Assembly: GCA_964019425.1 (NCBI GenBank)
Contig: OZ025783.1
Coordinates: 1,364,001 to 1,428,000, forward strand
Direction of reading: 5' to 3'
DNA: 64,000 bases
Source: Flectonema sp. DT1601
Taxonomy: Eukaryota
Of the stretch, positions 12,829 to 25,753 are shown piece after piece; the stretch's first letter is position 1; every line of letters starts with the position of its first letter. The notes beneath the pieces are model-generated. The model ran no database searches and was not told the DNA's origin. It worked only from the letters and a program-made list of their open reading frames with translations. The position numbers and the translations under genes are program-made.

Positions 12829-15537
12829 AACAACAGACGCAATAACGATTGTTGTTGTATTCACAGTTTCTTTTTTTTTTATATTTTATATTACGTTTCA
12901 AGCGAGAATGGTTTTTTTTTTCCACAAAAAAAAATCTAAAAAAAAAAAATATATATCAGTCATTCCTTTTTTTTGCGAACAAAAAACACCTTTTTCTCAC
13001 CGCCTGAGCAAGGTTACACGATATGTTACTTTTGCTCGATTTTTTATTTTTTGGAATCGGGGAGGGTGCGATCTGTAAAATTAGGCATAGGGATATACTT
13101 TTAAACATGGTAAGTGCTGCTAAAAAGAGATAAACGTCTCTTTGCAAAATTTCCTTGGTACTACTCAATGATAAATATTAATCCCAGACCTGGAATGGAA
13201 AGATCGAGAAAATCTGAGTAAAAAACACCCCTAATTTTTTTTTTTTTACTATTTTTTCCCCCTTCTCCCGCACTCAAGAGATATGCACCTTTTTACTAAC
13301 AAATCAACCCTAGTAGCAATTATGTAAGGAAAATGTTGCATCTGTGGTGGTGATAATGATCATTAAGTATCAAAGTAGGTCCAAAAAGACAGGTAGTAAC
13401 AATCTGCCTCACCGGCACATGCTTAGTACTCTTTAATATATTTTTGCTCGATTATTTTTTCTCTGGATCCCGCTGGGCCAGCAGTGTAAAATTAGACCCT
13501 TCGATTAATTTTTAGTTTTGGTACTTGTCCACGGCTGAGCTGATTTAGTAAACCACAAAATCTCTTTTCTCAATTCGGGAGACAAGTATGTGATGCCAAC
13601 CTCCCGATTTCGGACGGAAATGAACCCAACGATGCAGCGCATTAAAATGCCGCTTCGATCGAAATTTTTACAATTTTTTTTTGAAATTTTTTTTCAGTGT
13701 CCAGAATTTGTTCGCAAAAAAAAGGAATGACTGATATATAAAATCAATAAATAACATCCCAGCTCGCATTGCGATTTTGGAAATTCTTTTTTTCATTTTT
13801 TTTTTTTTTTTTTTTTTTCTTTTTGCACCGACAAAGTCGGAGAAGAAATTTATTCAGATTACAAAGCTTTTATTTATTATGGCTGTGCGTTCAGTTTTAC
13901 TGTCGATCAAAAAAAAAAAAAAAAAAAACACCAAATATAAAGGTTATCTGAATAGTTTTTTCTTACTTATGTCAGTAGCATAATCGAGGCACACTTGAGC
14001 TTACTTGGATTTCGCTGCTTTTGGTAGCCTTGCGTGTCGGTTCTATTGAACATCGCAGTTGCCAATAATAGTGCCAATTATTATTATTATTTTTTTTAAT
14101 TTTTTTTTTTGTTTCTCGTTTTCTGAATTGAAGATACATCCCTCGAAAAGGTGGATGGCGACAGAACTTTGACAGTATTGTCATTTTATGTTTTCTTTCT
14201 CTCTTTGGTGAGATTGTGAACAACGGAAGGTACAGTTCGGTAATATTCACCACTACAACCAATCTCGTCCATGCTCCAGATACTTTCGCGGCATGGGTTC
14301 TCTAGTGTTGTTCTTATAATACTGTCGAAAAAAAGTCATATTGTTTCTTTTTTATTGAACTGACGCTTGATAGTTACGAGGAAACACCTCTAATAATTGA
14401 TCAAACATTCTTTTTTTGAATTTTTTTTTTTTAAAACCCATTAATTAAGGACGGCGGTAGAAACCAGTTTTTTTTTTGACTATTTTTGAAAAAAGAGCCA
14501 ATGAGGAAAGGGTAAGGCAAAGTGAACCACCATTGTCTGCCCGTTACAAATACACGCACATTCACCACCTGAATGGTGAACAGAACAAACGAAAACACTA
14601 AAGACAAAAATAAGCTCAATTCGTATGACTTCTTGCGCTTCTTCAATTTTGATTTAATGTTGTTGTGGGCGCAGGGGTCTTCTTCTTAGTACGTTCTTCC
14701 TAATAGCATTTCCCGACACAGAGATGTTCTCCCCTTTGTAAGATTTAAGTGGAACTTGCCAAAACAGGGGTGCATGGCACATAAAAACCTTACGCCCCTG
14801 GCATCCATAAGTAGTCCTCACTCAAGTATTGTGATACTTACATTGTTTAGCAGCGCCAAATATAGATGGATAGTGCTCAGCGGTGCTGAACATGTGTGGG
14901 AAGTGCGAGCCTGTTAGCCGAGATTTCCCCTTAGCGAAAAAGAAATCTTTCAAATAAGCACTGTAGTGGTCCCCCGTCCTTAATGGGTTAACATGAATTC
15001 GCTTCGGTAGGTTTACTTTTGTGGATACTCACCGAACACGCAAAGACTGCATTTATACGGCTGCTGACATACAAAAAGGCTGTAAATTGCTGGCTTACCA
15101 GACAGAACTTCAAGGCTATGCCTATTTTAATACGATGGGTGATTCCATCGTATTATTGTTATTTTTTTTTAAATATCGTTTTTCATAAGTTTCTATTAGT
15201 TATTGGTTTGTCGTCATTTTTTTTTCTTTTTGTTTTTTTTTTCCCCCTTATTTCTTCTTCCCTGTTTTTCTCTTTTATTATTATTATTATTATTATTATT
15301 ATGACGTTTTCTGTTCTTTTTTTTTTTTTTTTTAATTTTTTCTTTTCTGATACGAGGCCCCCCGCTGCTGCGGTCAACCACGTCTTCACTAATGCCAGCA
15401 AACGATTACTCATTTGTAGTTTACAGGCCAATATGTAATCACTGTTGTGTGATATGGGTAAGTTTACACAAAGCATAACTACTCTTATGAGTTACCTCTC
15501 TCTCTTCAGATATTAAAAGTTAGCAACAAGCTACACT

Positions 15538-18500
15538 ATGACGAAAGGAGACAGCAGCTCTCGGAGCAGCAGCAGCTCTGATAAGGAAAAAGATTTGAAG
15601 AGACCTGAAACTGAAGAGGTTCGTTATTATCCTTTTGGAAATAATGGATTCGTTACCTACGATGAGTTCTTGGAACTTCCAAGAGGTTTGGACATTACTG
15701 AAGAAGACGCACAGAGTGAAGATGGTCTCGATGGTGAACGTCTTCGTGTCTTCAGAACCTTTCAGACCAAACAGGAACACGACAAGGCCAACAGATGGAA
15801 TTTACAAGAGATGCCTAACACGGAAGTCCCTTACAAACTTCTATCGACGATGGGAAAAGTTGAGTGGGTGATTTCAGCTTTCGTTAAGTTCTGCGCGATC
15901 TGGGGAGTTCTGTACTTGTTTATCATTGCTTTGGGAATTATGGGTAACGCCTTTAAGGTTCTTGGTGGTAAGTCTTCTGGTAAGACTTTCCGTGAGAGTG
16001 AGCTGCTCTCCAATCCGCTGGCCGGTCTTGCGATTGGTATCCTTGCGACAGTTCTCATGCAGTCATCCTCGACCACGACTTCGATTGTTATTTCAATGGC
16101 TGCTTCCGACTTGGTGTCGGTGAAGAACGCGGCGTACCTGGTGATGGGAGCGAACATCGGTACCTCAGTGACCAACACAATCGTTTCGATTGCTCACTTG
16201 AACAGTCCGGAACAGTACCGCAGAGCATTCACTGCTGCTGTGTTCCACGACATGTTTAACTGGTTGACTGTATCGATGTTCCTTCCTCTCGAAGCGTCTT
16301 CTGGATTCCTCGTAGAGCTCGCTGGGGCAGCTGTCGACAGCATGAACCTCGGAGATAAACAACAGAAGACTGAATTCATTAAAAAGATTACAAAGCCTGC
16401 TTCTGGACGTGTCGTCTCTGTTGACAAGGGACTGATTGAGAAGATTGCTGAAGCAAAGACTAGCGAAGAATTATCAAAACTCGAGAAGAAGTCGATCATC
16501 AAAAAGAAGTCTGGATTCGTTTTCCGTGACACTCCACAGTCAGATGACGAGGCCGGTTTGTTGTTGTTGTTCGTGTCGATTACTATGCTTTGCACTTGTC
16601 TGTTGCTTCTCGTTAAGCTGCTCCAGTCTGTCCTAAAGGGAAAGGTCGCTGTGTACACGAGAAAGGTACTGAACCTCGACTTCCAGAACAAGTACCTGAA
16701 GATGTTTGGTGGGTTGGACAGTTACATCCTTCTCCTTGTCGGAACTGGTGTCACCATTTTAGTGCAGTCGAGTTCAGTATTCACCTCCACATTGACTCCA
16801 CTTGTAGGTATTGGATTGATTCACATTGAAAAGGTTGTTGCATTGACTCACGGAGCTAATATCGGAACCACTGTGACTGGTGTCATCTCAGCACTCTCAG
16901 GAGACAATGTCGATACCGGAATGAGAGTCGCTCTTGAGCACGTTTTCTTCAACTGTCTCGGAACAGTAGTCTGGTTTGTCATCTGGCCGCTCAGACCCGT
17001 TCCTCTCGCCGCAGCGAAGTTCCTCGGAGAGACTGCCTCTAACTTGAAGTGGTTCCCTGTCGCGTACATCATTGCTGGTTTCGTAGTTGTTCCGACTTTG
17101 ATCGTTGGTCTTTCGATCCCTGGATGGGAGGTACTAGTGGCTGTTGGTATTCCAATCTTTCTGATTATCTTGTTATTCGTTTCATGGTTATGGGTAAGAA
17201 GAAACAGGGCCAACATGTTATCACGTGGAGGATGCCTGAGATCTGATGTCGCCCCTTGTGGATGTGCATACCCAAACTGGATGCAGGTTTGGGGAGGAGA
17301 CCGTAGTGAGGACACTGTCGACATGGACGAGCTTAGAAAGAAGGAAGCTTTAGCAGAGGCGGACGAAGTTGCTGAATGGCCAACATCTCCGATGGCGTGG
17401 GGTATGGCGCTCTTGGCATTCCTCGCATTAATGATGGCGATCCCTACTGCTCAGTGGAGACGTATCCGTTACGCAAAGGAGACCCGCGGAAGAAAGGAAT
17501 ACGGTTTCGGACTGTGGGAGGTCTGCTCTGATGACTTCAAAGAGGACGTCGAATGGGCAACCAGACCTCCACTGTGCGACCAGGCACAGGTGAACGAATG
17601 CGCAAAGGATTTAGCTCGTAGTTGTAAGACTAACGACTGGGCAGCAGAATTCGAGCCAACTAGTTTGGAGGAAGACATGTACGAGAGTGCCTGGCAGACC
17701 TGCTCGAAGCTCGGGTGTCGTGTGTGGGACTGGCTGCAGCATTGCCCTGAGATGCCAGATTGCAGTGCCAACAAGGAATTCCACACAAACCGTTGTGCCT
17801 CTGTAGTGTATAATTACAAGTTCTTCAACCATAACCAGATGGACTCAAAGGGTGTTGAGTACTCGTACCCAGGTGACACTTCAACAGTTCCACCTCCGAT
17901 GGCGAGTACCCCAACACACGCTAACGTTTTCTTCTCAGGAGTTGCCAGCAGTTACAAGGTATCCACTTTCCCAGTTGCACCTAAGTCTCTTGATGACCTT
18001 AACGCGGCTAACGCCCCAAATGGTCTGACAGCTTCGTGCACTGGCTGTACTGAGACCTGTGCTTCGTCTACCGATCGCAGCATCTGCACTGACGCTCCAG
18101 GATTCACTGGTCTTTCTTATGATAGTTGTTCAGGAGAGTTACTTGTCGTGACTGGACGTGGTCCAACTCTGGGATGCACTGATGGAAGTGCCTTCGTCTT
18201 TGAAGGGTTTGCACCGTCGATGTCGAAAATCTCTCTGACGAAGGCGAAGGATGCCTCATCCCACGTTGCTGAGATTAGCACCACAGTTCAGTTGAAGCGC
18301 ACTAACAACCTCGGCGCTGTTACCTACGCCAGTGGTCTTCCAAATGCTAACAGCTGGGGAACTGCTTACAATGCACCGTCAGTCACCAGCGCTACCACAT
18401 GCTCGGGATCAATCTCAGCAGTTGATACTGAAGGTCTTGATCTTAGTGATGTTCACGTTATTAGATACAAAAGGAACTCTACTGCTGGTATCTACGTTGG

Positions 18501-19978
18501 TTCTGACCAGTACGGAGCAAGGGTTGTTTTCTGGGACGACAACGGTGAAATTCTCGCTACCTACGTTGCTGTCGGAACGGATGTTGCCAACACGATTGCT
18601 GTCCTTCCTTCACAGTTTGGATCCCGAGACAGGTCAAGTGGAAGAGTAACGATGACTATTAACTCTGACAAAACAAAGTTGGTTGTGTGCGCACAAGTTG
18701 CGATGAGCACTACGGCGTATCTCCGTAACAGTCCTGTCGTCAGATGTGCTGTCTTAGACATCAGTGACTACAGAACTCCGACATTGTTAAGCGTGAAGCT
18801 CGTTCTCCAGAACGAGGCCGCTGTAGAGTACGGAGCAGACGTAAGAGGTGTCGCCTCTCTCCAGTCTGAAGTAGAGTTCGTCTCCGCCCAGTGGCTTACT
18901 GGTGACAAGGTTCTCTTCTTGGAGCAGGGCAGGGTATGATTTTATTATTTTATTTCAAGAAATCCATTCATGACTTTATAAACTAAAACAGTTTAACGGT
19001 AAGAATCTTGGAGGAGGTATGTACGTTGTCGACTTCTCTACTGGAGATGATATCAAGTCATTGACTACCGACACTCTGGTGAACATCGAAGGAGCTGCAG
19101 TAAGAGCCAGGGCTTCTGTAACCAACCCATCAACTGCTGATGAATTCGACTACGAAGCCCATCCACAGGCCTATCAGATATTAGTCAACGCTAATGCCAG
19201 ACCTGTTGATGTAGAAAAGCTGATGGACCTGAACGACATCGATGAGAGCACCAGAGAGAAGATGTCATCGTCACCAATCGGAGGGATGCTCGTCCCAAAT
19301 GAGCACAATATCGTTCTCGCTGAAGACAATAAGTTTGGAGCCACCGGCAGCAGCTACTCCAAAGTGCACGTTGTCAACCTGAAAAACAAGTTGAAGATGT
19401 CGCAGCCAAAGTGCTCTCCATCATCATCATCATCATCATCATCAACACCAACTAGTGACTCGAATATTGTAAAGGGAACTGAGAGATGTCGTGACATCGA
19501 AGATGTCTGCCCGGAGGGTGACCTCGCTGGAGACTTTAGAGCTGTTGCTGGATGTGTTGTTACTTCATGTATTCTTCTATTTATTGGTCTCGTCTTTTTG
19601 ATTGCCTACACTTGCACTTCAAAGGCTGCGTTTGGTATCTACGTCACTGCCGGTTGTTTCACTGTGTGTTGGATTCTGCTTCTTGCTGGTTGGGTCAGGG
19701 TTGCTGCTTTAGAAGACAGCACCTACACCTGTATGTTCCAAGATGAGGCTTTGAGAGGTGGGCTTGTTCTGATTAAGGGAAAGCTTGTGTACATAACTAT
19801 GGAGAGTTACTCGTGGGCGTTTGCAATCTTCTCGTGGGGATTGATGACAATCTCGTTAGCCACTGTCCTGCACCACGTTATCAGTAAAGCATGCTGCCCT
19901 GATCCTTTAGCTGAGAAGAAGAAGGAGTTGGCAGAGGAGGGAGGTAACGACAGTGAGAATGCTCCTGACCAAAAATAA
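15538..19978 (+). CDS. SLC34: SLC34 (NaPi-II) sodium-phosphate cotransporter fused to an amastin/claudin-like module with an inserted phytase-like domain; intron 18934-18991; about 1460 aa
   Basis: Two QSSS repeats (MQSSSTTTS, VQSSSVFTS), two GANIGT motifs and HDMFNWL. A 58-nt GTATGA...AAAACAG intron joins the ORFs in frame (EQGR|FNGKNLGGGMYVVD). Confidence 0.9.
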
Positions 19979-20644
19979 ATCAAAACAACAGAAAACCATA
20001 TTATTGTTGTTCATTTTCTTATGTATATTCCTTTTGGTTATCTTTTTTTTTAAATTATTGGATGTTTTTCTTTTTTTTTGTTTGTTCGTTTGTTTGCCTC
20101 AAAAAATCTTTGCAAACTAACAGCGAGAGGACACCAAAAAGAAAAAAAAAAAAAACTCCAATTTACTATCAGGAAACTGCGTGACTTTACTACGAGCTCC
20201 AGCTCAAAATAAAATTACTGTTTCTTTGATTGCTCATCATTTTATTTAATCCTCTCTTTTACTATACTTGAGATATGCTATTTGCAACGTATAATTTCAC
20301 GTTGGAAAGCACTGTTTTTCAGGGTTATAACCTTCCTCTTCCACACCTTTGACGGGAATCAATAGAAAGCCGGTTGTAGTACTTCCGCAGCGAACTATGA
20401 TGCTGTAAAGGTGAAAAAAAAAAAACTTTCCTCTCCTTTTTATATTTCTTTTATACTAAAGTGATTATTTTAACCTTTAGTTTGTTGATTTTGAAACCAA
20501 GAATAGTTATTTCAGACCATGACTGACATAGTCTAGGGAAACTGAAAATATTTTTTATTTTATGGTAAGTGATGATTGTGTGATTTCTTTTTAAACTTTT
20601 CTTTTTTTTTTCCCACTTTTTAGCATTAATACCGAATTATTAAT

Positions 20645-22123
20645 ATGGCGCCACTCGCTGAAAACGGTGATATCACATCCCCAGAGAACTGGGCTGCGTA
20701 CTTGGCTGCTTCCGTAGCATCTGATGGAATGACAGGAATAGTACCAGCTGTTCAACAGCCACAAGAGGATGCTTCACAAACTGTATCTGTGTCATCTGGA
20801 TCTTCAGCGATGGACAAGTACGAAAATGATGCATTGAGAGAGGAAAACAGAAAACTTGCGGAGGAGCTTCGTCAGCTGAGATCCCAAGTGAGTCGTTCTC
20901 CAGTAAACTCAAACAGTCAGCCAACAACACCAACTACTCCAACTTTAGTAGCGACTGCTACTTCAGAATCACAGGAATCAATTCGAACAACTGAAGTCAC
21001 TCCAATCGCTCCATTTGAAGTACCTGCAGTTGTACCTGTCCCACAAGTATTACCGTCACCTTGGGTTTTCGGAAATGAAACAATGGCCAAACCTGATGCC
21101 ATTGCTGATGCAGTTTGGAACGCCTTCATCACCAACTGCACAATCCGCTGTCTAAGACCTAGTCAGATACCATTTCTTGATAATCAATCATTATTATCAC
21201 TTGGTATTAATAGTCTTGAGGGTTGTATCGCTCTTAGAGAATCTCAGGTTATGCAACAGATGCAGATGCCATCACTCGCTGAACAGCAACTTCAGCAACA
21301 GTTGATGGCTCCTCTTGTAGCTGCAGCAGAGCCTGTGTTCTTCGCTGGAGAATTATCTCAGGTTGTTTTACTTGAAGATCCTGGTAAGGGAGAATGGGTG
21401 AATGTTCTCATCACAGCTGTTGATAACATAACGAGGACTTGTGATATCCTTGTTCTTCCTACTCCTGGTGCTGGATCTAGATTCGCAAGACAAAACAGAA
21501 AAGGGATTAGTATGAAATATTTAAGGAAGTTGTTTATTCCTCAACAGATGCCTCAATCAACAATGATACAGCCAACATTAGTAGCCCCAACTGCTACAGC
21601 AACAGGGTTACTACCACCAGTCGTACCTGTTGCATCTGGTGTCCCTATCTCCAGGAAGGTGATGCTGAGATTTCGCTACGGACGTGTAGGAACCTGTGAG
21701 TGCTCTCTCGGGCTGGCAATCGGAACCCACGTCATAGTAGCCATGGGAAGAGAAGGTCGTCACCAAGATCTTGGAGTAATTATTAAATTTATGGGTTCTG
21801 GAGGTGACGGACGTCGCGTCGTTCGCGCTGCTACCCCAACTGAAATTGCCAGCTGGAACAACCTCTCAGCTTCTGATGCTGAGGCTAAGGATTACATGAC
21901 TGACTTAGTGGAGAAAAATGATGTCCCGATTGTTATCGATGCCGCTGAATGGCAATTTGAAATGAAGACTTTAACATTTCACTACACTAGTTTGGTCCCA
22001 CACCCAGACTTCAGAAAGGTGTTGACTACCGCCTACCGTAAGTTCCACTGCAGGATTTGGATGAACAACTGCAAGCCTTCTGAAGGCAAACCAGGTGAGC
22101 TTCTGAACGTTTCTGTAGAGTAG
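20645..22123 (+). CDS. PSP1 C-terminal domain protein (probable RNA regulator)
   Basis: C-terminal HVIV...DLG...VVRAAT...DAAEWQFEMKTLTFHY...DFRKVL...FHCRIWM matches the PSP1 domain. The N-terminus is a coiled coil plus low-complexity sequence. Confidence 0.85.
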   Translation: MAPLAENGDITSPENWAAYLAASVASDGMTGIVPAVQQPQEDASQTVSVSSGSSAMDKYENDALREENRKLAEELRQLRSQVSRSPVNSNSQPTTPTTPTLVATATSESQESIRTTEVTPIAPFEVPAVVPVPQVLPSPWVFGNETMAKPDAIADAVWNAFITNCTIRCLRPSQIPFLDNQSLLSLGINSLEGCIALRESQVMQQMQMPSLAEQQLQQQLMAPLVAAAEPVFFAGELSQVVLLEDPGKGEWVNVLITAVDNITRTCDILVLPTPGAGSRFARQNRKGISMKYLRKLFIPQQMPQSTMIQPTLVAPTATATGLLPPVVPVASGVPISRKVMLRFRYGRVGTCECSLGLAIGTHVIVAMGREGRHQDLGVIIKFMGSGGDGRRVVRAATPTEIASWNNLSASDAEAKDYMTDLVEKNDVPIVIDAAEWQFEMKTLTFHYTSLVPHPDFRKVLTTAYRKFHCRIWMNNCKPSEGKPGELLNVSVE

Positions 22124-25100
22124 AAGTATATTGCCGAGTTAAATCTTGTTGTGCACACAGGTCTATGTCATCCCCTCTTGACTCAGACCTGAAGCAAAGC
22201 CATGAAACTTGTTATTTCTTACCCAGATAAGGAGAATTCTTTGATCTTCGAACTAAAGGGTAAAAAAAAAATAATTTCGCAATTTACCAATCTCACTGTT
22301 CGGTATTCCATGGTTGCAATCATTAGGAAAAAAAAAAAAATAAACGACTATAAAAAAAAAAAAAATTACTTACTTCTTTATGCCGTACCTGTACCCATTG
22401 CTATTCGAATAAACGATGAAAAGGAAAAAAAAATAAGAAAAAAAATAAGAATCGAAGAAGAATATATATTATGCCGAAGGAACTGTTTTAAAAAAAAAAA
22501 AAAAAAAAACTGGAAGCCGAAGAAAAAAAGAAAAAAAAGAAAAAAAAAAAAAAAAAAGAATTTTTATAGTTTGTGTCCTTGATTATTTTCCCTTCCTCAC
22601 CTTATTTTCTTTTTCTTTTCGACAACAATCCTGTATATTTATACTGACATTATTTTTGTTATGTACAAGTGCTATACAATATCTGGCATTTTCTTCATTT
22701 TTGGCTACTATTCCAAAACGAAGCTGAACCAATTCTTATGCTTTTTTAGTTTAACCTTGTTAAGGATAACTATTTCTACATTGTCAAATTATCACTCCCC
22801 TTTTTTTCGTCTACAAACTCAAACATTCAACCCCTTATTTTTTCTTTTTTTTTAGTTTTCGAATTTTTTTTTTTCACTCCTCGTTCTCTGTTTTTTTTTT
22901 TTTTTTTTGTTGTTGTTTTTTTTCTGTTTTCGTAAAGGAAAAAAAAAAAAAAAAAAAATATCTTCCGTTGCGGTGGTAATTCCACGCTTGCACGGCTTAA
23001 CATCCTCTCTTTTCTAAATTTTCATCCGGTTTCTCATTACCGGCCCCCCTTTATGTAGCTGTTTATCATTATTTTCTAAATCTGAAAAAAAAAAACAAAA
23101 AAAAAAAAAATACCAGATTAGAAAATTTAAGGGTTCGAAACTTCACAACAGGATTTCTTGTTGGAAGTTGAACACAAAAATATTTCATTGCAGATTATTA
23201 GTTTCCTGCAGATAAATATAAGAATAAGATAAAAGTGAGAGAGTTTACCATTCAGGAGATTGTTAGCTCAGATGATAAAACGTAATTCAGATAAAAAGAG
23301 GATTTCTTTTTAATTCCTCGACTTCCAATACCCTATCTCAATCCCTGCTTTTTTTTATTTTAATTTTCCCCCCTTATTCTTTTTTTTTCTTCTTTCCTTG
23401 TTTTTTTATTTTTGGAAACAAGAAGAAAAAAAAAAAGGGAAAGAAAAAAAAAACCAAAGAAAAAAGGAGAAAATTTAAAAAAAAAAAAAAGAAACGAAAA
23501 AGAGGGAACATAATTATTATTTTTTTTTTTTTTTTTTAGTATATAATATCCTTCGCAGTCCTGTAGCCTGCAGAACAAACAAAAAAGTACCAATATGTGT
23601 TTTTCCGACACGAAAAAAAAAAAAAAAAAAAAGCAAAAAAAAAAAAAAAAAGAACTCTTCGTGTACCCTAAGGGAATAAAAGCATTATTATTAATCCTGG
23701 CATCAGCCAGCTCTTTTCTCTTTAACGAGAAATCCTGATATGTTTTGCATTTCTTTCCGCTTCTTAATAAATCTCCAATTTAAAAAAAACATATTATTAT
23801 TATTGTTGAGATCACATAGGGAACCCTTTTGTACGATGTAAATCAGTCTTCTGAGTGCTAGTAAGAGACTTGCTGTAATACTACACGCGTCTCTCCATCT
23901 GTTTCGTCACAGTCTGTGGATCTAGTCACCCGTTTTGTTTGTTGCTCTTTTTTCTCTTATCTTCTAAAAAAAAAAAAAAAAAAAAAATAAGGCAAATTGT
24001 CTTCCGGTGTCCTCTGCACTTAACGTTATTCTTTCTTTTTTTGTTTTCATTCTTTTCTTGCTACGGTTCCAGATTCCGTGATGAGCCTTGTTAAACAAGT
24101 ATCTATTGGAAAATGGTAACTAGCTTTTATTCTTTTTGTTGTGCACATAAAATTGCGCAAACGAGTCCCGTGCAGAAATTCTGCTGAGGTGATCAACGCG
24201 GTTTGACGTGATACTTTGTGATAGTAGTATGCTTAGTCTTGCTCAATCGCTTGTATCTTTTGGGTCAACTTTTCTTTTTTTCTTTTTACTGGCAAACGTT
24301 TTTTTTGGTATGTAGTTGTGTGTTGTGCCAAAACTGCTTATTTAACGAGCGCCCTTCAGTAGCCGAGTAACCTGATTTCGCGCAGATAAAAAAAACATGA
24401 AAAATCCATTCGGAAAATTCCGCTTGCCAGTGCAAGCAAACTATGTGTTCGTGGTCGCAGTTTTGCTTTTTTTTTTCCTCTTTTTTTTTCCCGTTTGTTT
24501 CCTTCTCCCGAGTCCCTGATAAATATAAAAAAAATATTAGTTTCAAGGTACTTGGTCACATTGTGACACTCAAAAGTATGGGCATTCCGTGTAGAAACTC
24601 TGCACTGGTTATCCATACCTGCTTGTGAACCGCCGAGAGAATCTATCCTCAAAAATGATAGATGACCCTTTTGTGAAATTCCAGCAGTTTTGCCATCTAT
24701 CTTGTGTTTGTGAGTGTTTTCTTTTTTGCCAAACTTTTTATCTGTGTTGGGGGGTATTAAAAAGTTGTTCTGGGCACATGTGACATTACTGTCATCTTTC
24801 CCATGTGGGGGAGTTAGCTAGTGTTGTCGATTGATGGGTACTGTCTTAACTGAAATCCTGCTGTCCTTGAAACGTCTGAAACGAGGGATCTCTCAAGTTT
24901 CAAGTCCTTTTGTTATATTTTATTTGTTTTCGCTCTCTCCGTGGCTTTTTTTTTAAAAAAAAAATTTTTTTTTTTTGGAAAAAAAAAAAAAAAAAAAAAA
25001 AAAGAGGGAAGAAAAAAAAAACGGAAATGAACGTCCAACGTGCTTTCTTTCTTCGGTTCAGAGCCAGTGATTCTGATACCGCATTCAAGGATGGTAACGT

Positions 25101-25753
25101 GCCTTCCTTGAGACTGACTACGGCTTTAATTGCCATTGATCTTAACGAGCCGGCGCTGTGCGTGCGATTTCTTTCCTTCTCATTTTTAGTTACTAAAAAT
25201 AAACTTATAATTACAAGAAAAATTTGGTGCTTCTTGCCCTAATTTTCTTTTGATTTTTTAATTAATGTTTATTGACGATTGTACTTCGAAAAGAAGGAAT
25301 CGAAAAAATCTTCTCCCCTCTTGGTTTGCTTTTTTTTTTTGAATATACTCAAACATTCAACCCCCCGCATGATAGATCTTTTTGTATCTTATTAAATCCC
25401 CCCCGTTGTTCTGCATAGCCTAAACACTAGAAATCTAATCTAGCGGCGAGCATCTTGCGAACAGATGTTTATCTTTTTTTTTGGAATTATCCAAACAAAT
25501 AGGAATATTCGAGGAAGAGTTCAGCCTTCTCCCCGCAAGAAAAAAAAAAAAAAAAAAAAAAACCTTCCCTCCCAATGAGATTCCTTAAATAATATCCTTT
25601 CGTTTTTTTTTTTTTTTTTTTTTTAAATTTCTTTATAAGTTTCCTCCTCCTTACAGAGGAATATCTTCGCTATGCCGTCTTACAGGAAGCAAGTTATAAT
25701 TTTGGTGACAAAAACAGCAGTAATAAATTATTTTGTTCTTCTTGAAACGGTAC

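Noticed and set aside
15831..17832. Antisense ORFs overlapping the SLC34 gene and other genes
   Set aside because: Shadow ORFs caused by codon bias of the sense genes.
20361..20368. AATAGAAA resembling the trypanosomatid cycling-sequence octamer upstream of the PSP1 gene
   Set aside because: A single A-rich 8-mer is expected by chance in this composition.
23110..23150. GGTTCGAA tRNA T-loop-like motif
   Set aside because: No cloverleaf can be built around it.
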